Shown here: positions 8,691-16,614 of the stretch, piece by piece | Layout: every line of letters begins with the position of its first letter | How positions within the stretch are numbered: the first letter of the stretch is position 1 | Origin: Candidatus Nomurabacteria bacterium GW2011_GWD2_36_14 | GTDB taxonomy: Bacteria; Patescibacteriota; Minisyncoccia; Phycocordibacterales; UBA9973 | Length of the DNA stretch: 64,000 nt | Direction: 5' to 3' | NCBI GenBank assembly: GCA_000991405.1 | Contig: LBRL01000001.1 | Location: 379,200-443,199, forward strand | The notes under the pieces: model-generated | Database searches by the model: none | What the model was told of the DNA's origin: nothing | Seen by the model: only the letters and a program-made list of their open reading frames with translations | Made by a program: the position numbers and the translations under genes

Positions 8691-9866
8691 TTATTTCCCT
8701 CTCAACACCTTATCCATCCTGACTGCAAGTTTGACCATGTCGGACTCTTTCTTGCCACGGGTAGTTTCGGCACAAGTGCCTAGGCGGATACCGGAAGGAT
8801 CCATAGGAGAGCGAGGGTCGCCAGGGATTGTGTTCATATTCACTATAATTCCTGCCTTTTCTAGCTTGTCACTTGCAATCTTGCCAGGAACTCCCTTCCC
8901 TTCCATCCATGTGTCCATAAGGATAAGGTGTGAGTCTGTACCGCCAGAGATAATATGCCAACCGAGCTTTTGTAATTCTTTAGCAAGAACTTTCGCGTTC
9001 TTCACGACTTGCTTGGCATACTTCTTGAATTCGGGCTTTGAAGCTTCTAGGAATGCTACAGCCGCAGCAGCGATACTGTTCTCGTGTGGGCCACCATAGA
9101 GTCCTGGGATTATCATCTTGTCTATTTTCTTATCGAATTCTCTTTCATCTTTCTTTACAAAGATTATCGCGTGTCTTGGACCACGAAGAGACTTGTGAGT
9201 TGTCGTCATGACAGAGTCTGCATATGGAAATGGAGATGGATATGCTCCACCAGCTACAAGACCTGCGAAGTGCGACATGTCAACATGAAGAAGTGCCCCT
9301 GATGCGTCGGCTATATCTCTAAACTTTTTGAAGTCTACAATTCTAGGATATGCAGTAAATCCACAGACTATAATGTCTGGCTTCTCTGCTATTGCAATTT
9401 TCTTCAATGCTTCATAGTCTATGACTTCTGTCTTCTTATCAAGTTCGTATTGTAAAGGTTTCCAAATCTTTCCTGTCATTGATGCTGGATGTCCGTGTGT
9501 AAGGTGCCCGCCTGAGGAAAGCTTCATTCCCATTATTTTCCCTCCAACTGGAACAAGTGCTGAGTAAAGTGCAAAGTTTGCTGGAGATCCTGAAAGAGGT
9601 TGGACATTTACATGCCACTCTGTAGGCTTAAGTTTGAAAAGCTTCAAAGCACGAGCAATTGCTAAATTCTCTACTTTATCTACCACCTGATTACCACCAT
9701 AGTATCTTCTTCCTGGATAACCTTCGGCGTACTTATTTGTAAGTTTGGAACCAAGAGCCTTCAATACATCGTCGGAAACAATGTTCTCTGAAGCTATTAA
9801 ATTCACGACACTCTTCTGACGCTTTTCCTCTTCCTTAATTAGTTTCTCTATTTGTTTATCTTTCAT
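8691..9866 (-). CDS. glyA: Serine hydroxymethyltransferase
   Basis: SHMT motifs: the PLP-lysine region TTTHKSLRGPRHA and N-terminal ASENIVSDDV...KYAEGYPGRRYYGG. Confidence 0.9.
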   Translation of the reverse strand: MKDKQIEKLIKEEEKRQKSVVNLIASENIVSDDVLKALGSKLTNKYAEGYPGRRYYGGNQVVDKVENLAIARALKLFKLKPTEWHVNVQPLSGSPANFALYSALVPVGGKIMGMKLSSGGHLTHGHPASMTGKIWKPLQYELDKKTEVIDYEALKKIAIAEKPDIIVCGFTAYPRIVDFKKFRDIADASGALLHVDMSHFAGLVAGGAYPSPFPYADSVMTTTHKSLRGPRHAIIFVKKDEREFDKKIDKMIIPGLYGGPHENSIAAAAVAFLEASKPEFKKYAKQVVKNAKVLAKELQKLGWHIISGGTDSHLILMDTWMEGKGVPGKIASDKLEKAGIIVNMNTIPGDPRSPMDPSGIRLGTCAETTRGKKESDMVKLAVRMDKVLRGK

Positions 9867-9923
9867 AATATGGTGATAAATTAGATTTGTAATAAGCTAA
9901 TTTTAGCACAATAAATAAAAACT

Positions 9924-9952
9924 AAAAAGCGAGCCAAAATGGCTCGCTTTTT
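9924..9952 (-). terminator. Intrinsic terminator hairpin downstream of the deaminase-like gene
   Basis: AAAAAGCGAGCC-AAAAT-GGCTCGCTTTTT. It is followed by a U-run on either strand. Confidence 0.55.
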
Positions 9953-9955
9953 ATC

Positions 9956-10492
9956 TTAATCAAACTTATGTTTTGTAATGTTATTTGGATCTTTCTCGTT
10001 AAAGAGAACTTCACTTCCTTCCATTACATAGACATTACGAATTGGAACTTCAATCATTTTACCCCAACAGTCTTTGCATGCCCACCAATGACCCCACAGA
10101 TACAAATCAAATTGATCGCTCTTGTCAAAACCCTGCTTAATCAATTTCTTAGAAGCTCTGTATTCAGCATGATGATCCCCAGCTGCACATCCGGGACATA
10201 ACCAATATTTCTTACCAGATGGAATTCCTAGAATTCTTCTGATACAATATTTTTTATGAAGATTAATTAAACCTTCACTTGTTAATGGTGCTTTATTTGC
10301 ATCTTTAGAAACAACAACGCTATCTCGACCCCGAACTATTACTGCCCCAGTAGAAGACCGCTTGTCTGTTGATTCCTTACGAGCAACTTCTTTGGCTTCT
10401 TGCATAAACTTATTATCTTTAGGCACATACAATATAGTTCGTCCTTCGGGTAAATAAGGATAGACTATCTCTTTTTTTATATTTGTTTCCAT
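9956..10492 (-). CDS. dCMP/cytidine deaminase-fold zinc enzyme (dCMP deaminase-like)
   Basis: The STGAVIVRGRDSVVV segment resembles the vGAVIV core strand of CDA-fold dCMP deaminases. HAE followed 28 aa later by ACKDC matches the H[AC]E...PCxxC zinc motif. There is an extra CPGC just before HAE, possibly a second zinc site as in T4 dCMP deaminase. Confidence 0.55.
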   Translation of the reverse strand: METNIKKEIVYPYLPEGRTILYVPKDNKFMQEAKEVARKESTDKRSSTGAVIVRGRDSVVVSKDANKAPLTSEGLINLHKKYCIRRILGIPSGKKYWLCPGCAAGDHHAEYRASKKLIKQGFDKSDQFDLYLWGHWWACKDCWGKMIEVPIRNVYVMEGSEVLFNEKDPNNITKHKFD

Positions 10493-10500
10493 AATTTGAA

Positions 10501-11370
10501 TTGTATTATATAATAGGAATTATGACAACATTTGACACAATATATAAAAATTTAATAAAGCGAATAATGGAGGAAGGTATTGAAGAATTAAACGAAAGAA
10601 CAGGTCACAAAATAAAGATATTACCCGGCTTAACTTTCCAGACTGACATCGAGAAAGATGGGTTCCCTGTATTAACATTGCGAAAGAATCCTATTAAGTC
10701 TCCCATAGCTGAACAAGTTTGGTTTATTACTGGAGACAAAGATACAGAATTTTTAAGAAAATATACAAAAATGTGGGATGAATTTATTGAAGAAGATGGC
10801 ACTATAACTTCTGCATATGGTTATAGATGGCGTCATCATTTCGGAAGAGATCAACTAGACCAGCTAGTAAAACATTTGACCGAAGAACCTCACTCACGGC
10901 AAGGAGTTATTGTTACTTGGGATCCTGCTGATGATGGGTTATATGGAAAAGGATTAAAAGCAACTTATAAGAAAAATGCACCTTGCCCCTTTGCTTTCAC
11001 TATTAACATAATTGGAGGAAGACTTCATCTTCATAACATAGTTCGCTCAAACGACATGATGCTTGGCTGTCCTTTTGATACATTTGGTTTTAGTCTTATG
11101 ATGTGTGCCCTTGCTCAAAAGCTTGGAGTAAAGCCAGGAATATATACCCATACAATTTCGAATGCGCATATATATGACAATCATTACGAAGGAGCAAGAG
11201 AGCTTATAAAAAGAGAAAATGATCACCCTAATATATATCCCGTATTCCCTGCTGATATTTATGACCGAGCAGAGAGAAAAGATGAGACACTAGTTGATGA
11301 AATTTATCAATCTTTTAAACCATTTTTTAATCCAAGTGAACCGATAGAGGGATTAGATATAGTAAAATAA
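10501..11370 (+). CDS. Thymidylate synthase (ThyA) family enzyme carrying an Asp at the nucleotide-specificity position; predicted dCMP methyltransferase/hydroxymethylase or divergent TS
   Basis: The stretch RSNDMMLGCPFDTFGFSLMMCALAQ...SNAHIYDNH aligns gaplessly with E. coli ThyA [25 protein letters not shown]...GDTHLYSNH. The catalytic Cys sits in PCP (canonical PCH). E. coli N177 is replaced by D (PFDTFG), and D205 is replaced by N. Confidence 0.8.
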   Translation: MYYIIGIMTTFDTIYKNLIKRIMEEGIEELNERTGHKIKILPGLTFQTDIEKDGFPVLTLRKNPIKSPIAEQVWFITGDKDTEFLRKYTKMWDEFIEEDGTITSAYGYRWRHHFGRDQLDQLVKHLTEEPHSRQGVIVTWDPADDGLYGKGLKATYKKNAPCPFAFTINIIGGRLHLHNIVRSNDMMLGCPFDTFGFSLMMCALAQKLGVKPGIYTHTISNAHIYDNHYEGARELIKRENDHPNIYPVFPADIYDRAERKDETLVDEIYQSFKPFFNPSEPIEGLDIVK

Positions 11371-11373
11371 TTT

Positions 11374-11898
11374 ATGATTCTATCAATAATCTCAGCCATA
11401 GCAAATAATAATGAAATTGGAAGGAAGAATGAACTTCTATGTGATTTGCCTATCGATATGAAGCACTTCAGAGGAACAACTTCTGGACACCCAGTAATAA
11501 TGGGGCAAAGAACCTTTGAATCTCTCGGAACATCTCCAGATGGTAGTCTTGGTCGCCCTCTTCCAAATAGAAGAAACATAATACTTACTCTTGATAAAAA
11601 TTTCAAAAGAGAAGGAATAGAAATATATAATTCTATCGAAGATCTAGAAAAATCTTTAACTGAAACCATGGGGAAAGATGAGGAAGCATTTATCATAGGT
11701 GGAGGACAGATATATAAACTCTTCATAGACAAAGCAGATAGGTTATATATCACCCACGTAAATGCAGACTTCCCGGATGCTGATACTTTCTTCCCTGTTA
11801 TAGATAAAGATAAATGGAAAATTGTCTCCGAAGATAAACACGAGAAAGATGAACAAAATATATACGATTGTAATTTTGTAATATACGAAAGAAAATAA
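11374..11898 (+). CDS. folA: Dihydrofolate reductase
   Basis: The N-terminus MILSIISAIANNNEIGRKNELLCDLPIDMKHFRGTTSGHPVIMGQRTFESLG is typical of DHFR. It follows the ThyA-like gene in a classic operon arrangement. Confidence 0.85.
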   Translation: MILSIISAIANNNEIGRKNELLCDLPIDMKHFRGTTSGHPVIMGQRTFESLGTSPDGSLGRPLPNRRNIILTLDKNFKREGIEIYNSIEDLEKSLTETMGKDEEAFIIGGGQIYKLFIDKADRLYITHVNADFPDADTFFPVIDKDKWKIVSEDKHEKDEQNIYDCNFVIYERK

Positions 11899-11901
11899 AA
11901 T

Positions 11902-11938
11902 AAAAATCTCCGCTAGGTTTTGCCTAGCGGAGATTTTT
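11902..11938. terminator. REP-like hairpin / bidirectional terminator (AAAAATCTCCGCTAGG-TTTTG-CCTAGCGGAGATTTTT)
   Basis: Perfect 16-bp stem between convergent folA (+) and a MazG-like gene (-). It belongs to a hairpin family that recurs at 25705 and 27539. Confidence 0.6.
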
Positions 11939-11945
11939 ATTTTAT

Positions 11946-12275
11946 TTATGGATCTATATCTGTCTTAACTCTAATAAAGACATCTTCACCATCTGGTGAC
12001 TTTGTCTTTATATATTTACGGTTTTTATTTATTTCTATTTTCCTTACTAATTCTTTTTCTAAATCATAACCAAGTATTTCACACATACCAAGAAGAAAAA
12101 CTGCAACATCTGCAAATTCTTCTGCTACTCCGTCTTGATTTTTATTAAACTTAGAAAATGCCTCAGAAAGTTCCTCGTATGCTCGACAAAACTCCAATGC
12201 TACATCTGTAGTATTGAAACCCTTCTCAAGCTTATTCCTCATTACTTCCTTTTGTAATTCTTTTAAATCTACCAT
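11946..12275 (-). CDS. MazG-like all-alpha NTP pyrophosphohydrolase (second paralog)
   Basis: 109 aa. ELSEAFSKF...EEFADVAVFLLGMCEILGYDLEKELVRKIEINKNRKY parallels the 7879..8205 product. Confidence 0.6.
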   Translation of the reverse strand: MVDLKELQKEVMRNKLEKGFNTTDVALEFCRAYEELSEAFSKFNKNQDGVAEEFADVAVFLLGMCEILGYDLEKELVRKIEINKNRKYIKTKSPDGEDVFIRVKTDIDP

Positions 12276-12311
12276 GTTTCGTATTATATTCTATTTATTA
12301 AAAATATGCGA

Positions 12312-12926
12312 CTACCTCAACACAAAGTACCCCAGTACCATACCTGTGAAGTTTAATATAGTGTGGGAGATAGATATTAGGACTAGATTTGGATACTTGT
12401 AGTAAATCCAAGCGAAGCCGATACCTGCCACGAAGGTCAGAGGTAGAGTAAAGAAAGCTTTGAGATAGATGATATGCATCAATGCAAACAAGGAGGCATT
12501 CAGTACGATGATGAACCATTTATTGGTAAAGACTCTTCGGAGCATGTTCATCAGGACTCCACGGAAAATTAATTCTTGAAGTACGCTAAGTGGTATGAAG
12601 AGGAGCAGGAATCGAGCATTCTTCCACCAGTTCAGCATTGGGCTACTAATCTCTATTTCTTCTACGGCGAAAAGCAAAGCTATCCCTGCTATTGTAAATA
12701 GAAGATACGGCAAGAAATGACTCTTCCAATCTTTTGTAATTCCAAAGTCTTCACTATTCCACTTTTCATAACGAGCAATACCATAAATAAAAAAGGTTAT
12801 GAGAAGTAAAGCTAGAATTCGAAAGCTACTTGGTATAACCTTGTAGTAAAGAAGTAAGATCGGAATTAAGTACAAGTAAAGTATCTGCACCCAGACGAGC
12901 TCTCTTTCCTTTTTTGTATTATCCAT
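12312..12926 (-). CDS. CPBP family intramembrane metalloprotease (CAAX protease/Abi)
   Basis: Multi-TM protein with the EExxxR motif (QELIFRGVL) and a conserved His motif (FALMHII). Confidence 0.65.
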   Translation of the reverse strand: MDNTKKERELVWVQILYLYLIPILLLYYKVIPSSFRILALLLITFFIYGIARYEKWNSEDFGITKDWKSHFLPYLLFTIAGIALLFAVEEIEISSPMLNWWKNARFLLLFIPLSVLQELIFRGVLMNMLRRVFTNKWFIIVLNASLFALMHIIYLKAFFTLPLTFVAGIGFAWIYYKYPNLVLISISHTILNFTGMVLGYFVLR

Positions 12927-12989
12927 GATTTTATTATACCCCGTAGTGAAATTTTAGACAAAATTCTACTACAGGGTTATACTAGAGTT

Positions 12990-14636
12990 ATGGTTAAACT
13001 CAAATATATATTTATAATTGCATTACTTCTAGTATCATACTCGCCTGCCCTTGCTCTTGATATACAGTATGGAAGCATAAAGGGGTACAAAGGCAACGAC
13101 GTACTCGTAGAATACTATGGCATAGGCAAGAAGAAGAATTATATTTGTAATATTGCAAACTTAAAATGTTCATCTACTAAAAAAACTATACTGGGTAAAG
13201 TAAATACATCTACCCTTAAAAGTTCTATCAAGAAAGAATTGCAAGACAAGGGGGCAACTCACACTACTCTCTCAAAGTCAGGGACTTGGCTTGCATACTA
13301 TATGCCAGCTTTTGCTCCAGAGAATAAACGTTCATATATAATTCGAAATTTAAAAGACAATACAGAATATACAATATCGGAAGGTGTCTCATACTGGGAT
13401 CTGATAAATGAACAGAGAAAAGTTTTCGAATTCTCTCCCGATGAGAAGACACTACTCTATATAGACGACAAAGATGACTCTACCAACTTATACAAAGTAG
13501 AATTAAACACTCTTAAAGATACAACTTTTGATAACATCAAAATAAGTACTACAGCTTACAATATTGGGACTTTCATGTTCTACGATTCTACAAGCCTCTA
13601 CTACGTGGGAAACAGCAAAGAGAATCCATACAAGTGGTCACTCTATAATCTTGATATGAAAACAGGTGTAGATAAAGTGATAGAAACAGACGTATCGTAC
13701 GTAGATAGTATTACCAAGATAGGGACTTCACTTCTAATAATTAAACAACAGGAAAAAGGTTACGGCCCAGAAATTTATAATGTGAAAACTAGAAAGCTTA
13801 GTAGCTTCAAGGTGCCAAATATTAAAACTAAAATATTAATTAAAAATGAAGAATATGTAAAAGTTGGAACCTCTACTGGTATAGTCATGACTCCGCCCAA
13901 ATATGATGCAAAGAAGACTTACCCCGTCATGATCTGGCTTCATGGTGGACCACTAAGACAAACGAGTCTCGGCTACCATCCTTATCATAGCTACGGACTC
14001 TATGATGCCATGCTGAAATTATTGCAGAAGAACAATGTGATAGTCCTAAAGCTCGACTACAGAGGAAGCTTCGGACAAGGAAGAAGTTACTCCGAATCTA
14101 TCCGAGAGTCAGTCGGCAAGGGAGATATAGATGATGTCATGGAAGCTGTAAAGTATATGAAGGACAAATATAAAGTAAGTGATGTATACCTTGCTGGTAA
14201 TAGCTATGGAGGATACATGTCCTTAAGGGCTGTCGTAGAACATCCAGAGGTCTTTAAGGGTGTATTCTCTATCAATGGGGTAACAGATTGGGAAGCTCTC
14301 CTATTGAAACTAAAGACTTCAATCTTCAATACAGAATTCAACGGATTGCCAAATGATACGAACAGGAATCTTTATGATCAAGCATCTATCATAAATAAGA
14401 TAGGTAATATGGGCAACCAACGAATCGAAATAATCCAAGGTGAAGCTGATCGTACTATCCCCCTTTGGCAAGCTACACTACTGGCAGGCAAGCTGAAAGA
14501 TGCAGGCAAGAATGTAAACTTGGTCACCTACAAAGGCGAAGACCACGTCTTCAAAGAAAAGAAAAATATCGGTAACATCTGCGTCCGAATGTTCGGACTA
14601 ATGGGAATCAAAGCAGACAAAGAATGTAGTAATTAA
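12990..14636 (+). CDS. Secreted S9 family prolyl oligopeptidase / dipeptidyl-peptidase-like serine peptidase
   Basis: Signal peptide, an N-terminal beta-propeller-like region, and a C-terminal alpha/beta hydrolase with WLHGGP and the nucleophile elbow GNSYGGYMS. Confidence 0.75.
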   Translation: MVKLKYIFIIALLLVSYSPALALDIQYGSIKGYKGNDVLVEYYGIGKKKNYICNIANLKCSSTKKTILGKVNTSTLKSSIKKELQDKGATHTTLSKSGTWLAYYMPAFAPENKRSYIIRNLKDNTEYTISEGVSYWDLINEQRKVFEFSPDEKTLLYIDDKDDSTNLYKVELNTLKDTTFDNIKISTTAYNIGTFMFYDSTSLYYVGNSKENPYKWSLYNLDMKTGVDKVIETDVSYVDSITKIGTSLLIIKQQEKGYGPEIYNVKTRKLSSFKVPNIKTKILIKNEEYVKVGTSTGIVMTPPKYDAKKTYPVMIWLHGGPLRQTSLGYHPYHSYGLYDAMLKLLQKNNVIVLKLDYRGSFGQGRSYSESIRESVGKGDIDDVMEAVKYMKDKYKVSDVYLAGNSYGGYMSLRAVVEHPEVFKGVFSINGVTDWEALLLKLKTSIFNTEFNGLPNDTNRNLYDQASIINKIGNMGNQRIEIIQGEADRTIPLWQATLLAGKLKDAGKNVNLVTYKGEDHVFKEKKNIGNICVRMFGLMGIKADKECSN

Positions 14637-14649
14637 AATACAGATAAGT

Positions 14650-14684
14650 AAAGCTGTGCGAGGCCTTGCCTCGCACAGCTTTTA
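14650..14684. terminator. Bidirectional intrinsic terminator hairpin (AAAGCTGTGCGAGG-CCTTG-CCTCGCACAGCTTT)
   Basis: Perfect 14-bp stem with a flanking T-run, between the convergent peptidase (+) and MacB-like (-) genes. Confidence 0.6.
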
Positions 14685-14685
14685 T

Positions 14686-15909
14686 TTATTCGTACCTTAG
14701 AGCATCTATTGGATTAAGCTTTGATGCTCTTTGAGCTGGGTAGTATCCGAAAACAATTCCAATAAATGCAGACACTCCAAAAGCAAGTAATACAGACTTG
14801 ATAGAAACTTGTGCTTGTAGTATTCCTAATTTTGTTATTACCAGAGAAACTCCCCATCCAAGGAACACCCCGATAGTTCCCCCGATAAATGTAAGCATGA
14901 CGGCTTCTACTAGAAACTGTATATTCACATCCCTCCTCTTGGCTCCTATCGCCTTCCTTAGCCCTATCTCTCGAGTCCTCTCTGTGACTGAAGTCAGCAT
15001 CATATTCATAATACCTATACCTCCTACAAGTAGTGAGATACCCGCTATAGCAGAAAGAAGTAATGTAAATGTTCCTGTAACAGAAGAAGCTGTAGCAATA
15101 ATGTCTGCTTGATTCATTGTATTAAAATCAGCTAAAGTTGAATCTGAGATTTTATGAAGCTCCATAAGCTTAGTAGTAATGTTTGTCTGAACTTGAGTTG
15201 TAACTTCAGAATCTAACGCTTGCACACTTATAGAGTTGACATAACTATCTCCTGAAAAATATCTTTGTGCAGTAGTAATTGGTATATAAATCATATCATC
15301 AGAATTCTGGAAACCAGTACCTCCCTTTGCTTTTGTAATTCCTATTATTTTAAATTGATTATTTTTAATTTTGATAATCTGACCAATAACATCAGTGACA
15401 CCTTCCCCAAATAAATCTGTAACGGTAGTTGGTCCTAAAACTGCAACTTTTGCTCCACTTTGATTATTTTGAGCTGTGATAAAATTACCCTGATCTATTT
15501 CAAGATTTCGAACAGAAGTATAGTCAGGAGTTACTCCGTCGACTGTAGTATTGGTATTTGTTCCTTTTGCTGTTACTTGATAACGTCCAGACACTTCTGC
15601 TGTCACAGCTTTAACTCCCTCAATACTCTTCAAGGCTTCTACGTCAGTAAAGGTTAAAGTCTTGGCTGAACCTCTTCCTTGGTTCACTTGCTGGCCTACA
15701 CCCCTAGGTGCTCCAGGATTCACAATTATCAAATTGGAACCTATTGACTGTATCGATGCAGATATAGAATTCTGTGCACCTGTGCCTATGGCCGTCATGG
15801 CTATCACAGAAGCTATGCCTATGACAATACCAAGCATTGTAAGTCCTGAGCGAACCTTGTTGCTTGAAAGTGCCATAAATGTTTCTTCTAGTAAATCTCT
15901 TGTATTCAT
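14686..15909 (-). CDS. ABC transporter permease, MacB/FtsX family
   Basis: N-terminal TM, a large periplasmic domain, and a C-terminal FtsX-like four-TM region. It overlaps the upstream ATPase gene by 4 bp. Confidence 0.8.
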   Translation of the reverse strand: MNTRDLLEETFMALSSNKVRSGLTMLGIVIGIASVIAMTAIGTGAQNSISASIQSIGSNLIIVNPGAPRGVGQQVNQGRGSAKTLTFTDVEALKSIEGVKAVTAEVSGRYQVTAKGTNTNTTVDGVTPDYTSVRNLEIDQGNFITAQNNQSGAKVAVLGPTTVTDLFGEGVTDVIGQIIKIKNNQFKIIGITKAKGGTGFQNSDDMIYIPITTAQRYFSGDSYVNSISVQALDSEVTTQVQTNITTKLMELHKISDSTLADFNTMNQADIIATASSVTGTFTLLLSAIAGISLLVGGIGIMNMMLTSVTERTREIGLRKAIGAKRRDVNIQFLVEAVMLTFIGGTIGVFLGWGVSLVITKLGILQAQVSIKSVLLAFGVSAFIGIVFGYYPAQRASKLNPIDALRYE

Positions 15910-16610
15910 ATATTTATACTTTTCTTTTCGTGAGTCTTATCATCACTCACGATTAGTCCATCACGAATTGTGATAATACGATCAGCATGCATGGCAACAT
16001 CATGTTCATGAGTAATAAGTATAATGGTTCGACCCTGTTCTTTATTTAATTTTTGAAAAGTTCCGAGAACTATCTCTCCTGTTTTGGTATCTAAGTTTCC
16101 TGTAGGCTCATCGGCTAAAATAAGTGTTGGGTTATTCACAAGAGCCCGAGCTATAGCTACACGCTGTATCTGACCTCCAGAAAGTTGATTTGATAAATGA
16201 GAAAAATGTTCTTCGTCTAATCCAGCAGACAACAATGCTTCTTTTGCCCTCATTTCTCTTTCTGAATGAGGTACTCCATCATAAATCAAAGGTAAGACAA
16301 CATTACGTAAAACAGTAGTTCGTGGAAGTAAATTAAATGACTGAAAGACAAATCCTATTTTATCTTTTCTAATATCAGCCAATTCATCATCTGATAAAAT
16401 TGAAACATCCTTACCATCAAGATGGTAAGTGCCTCCTGTCGGGTTATCAAGAGCCCCTAATATATGCATAAGAGTAGATTTACCTGATCCAGAAGGCCCC
16501 ATGATAGCTACAAACTCTCCATCATTTATAGAGAAACTTACCCCCTTCAAAGCCTCAAATGGCTCGCCTTCTGTCCTGTATGCTTTTTTAATATTATTTA
16601 TTTCAATCAT
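15906..16610 (-). CDS. ABC transporter ATP-binding protein (MacB/LolD-like)
   Basis: Walker [13 protein letters not shown] signature [15 protein letters not shown], Walker [13 protein letters not shown]. Confidence 0.9.
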   Translation of the reverse strand: MIEINNIKKAYRTEGEPFEALKGVSFSINDGEFVAIMGPSGSGKSTLMHILGALDNPTGGTYHLDGKDVSILSDDELADIRKDKIGFVFQSFNLLPRTTVLRNVVLPLIYDGVPHSEREMRAKEALLSAGLDEEHFSHLSNQLSGGQIQRVAIARALVNNPTLILADEPTGNLDTKTGEIVLGTFQKLNKEQGRTIILITHEHDVAMHADRIITIRDGLIVSDDKTHEKKSINI

Positions 16611-16614
16611 AATT

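Noticed and set aside
8626-9099. 157-aa plus-strand ORF
   Set aside because: It lies entirely antisense within glyA, with no independent signals.
14798-15112. 104-aa plus-strand ORF
   Set aside because: It is antisense within the MacB-like permease gene.
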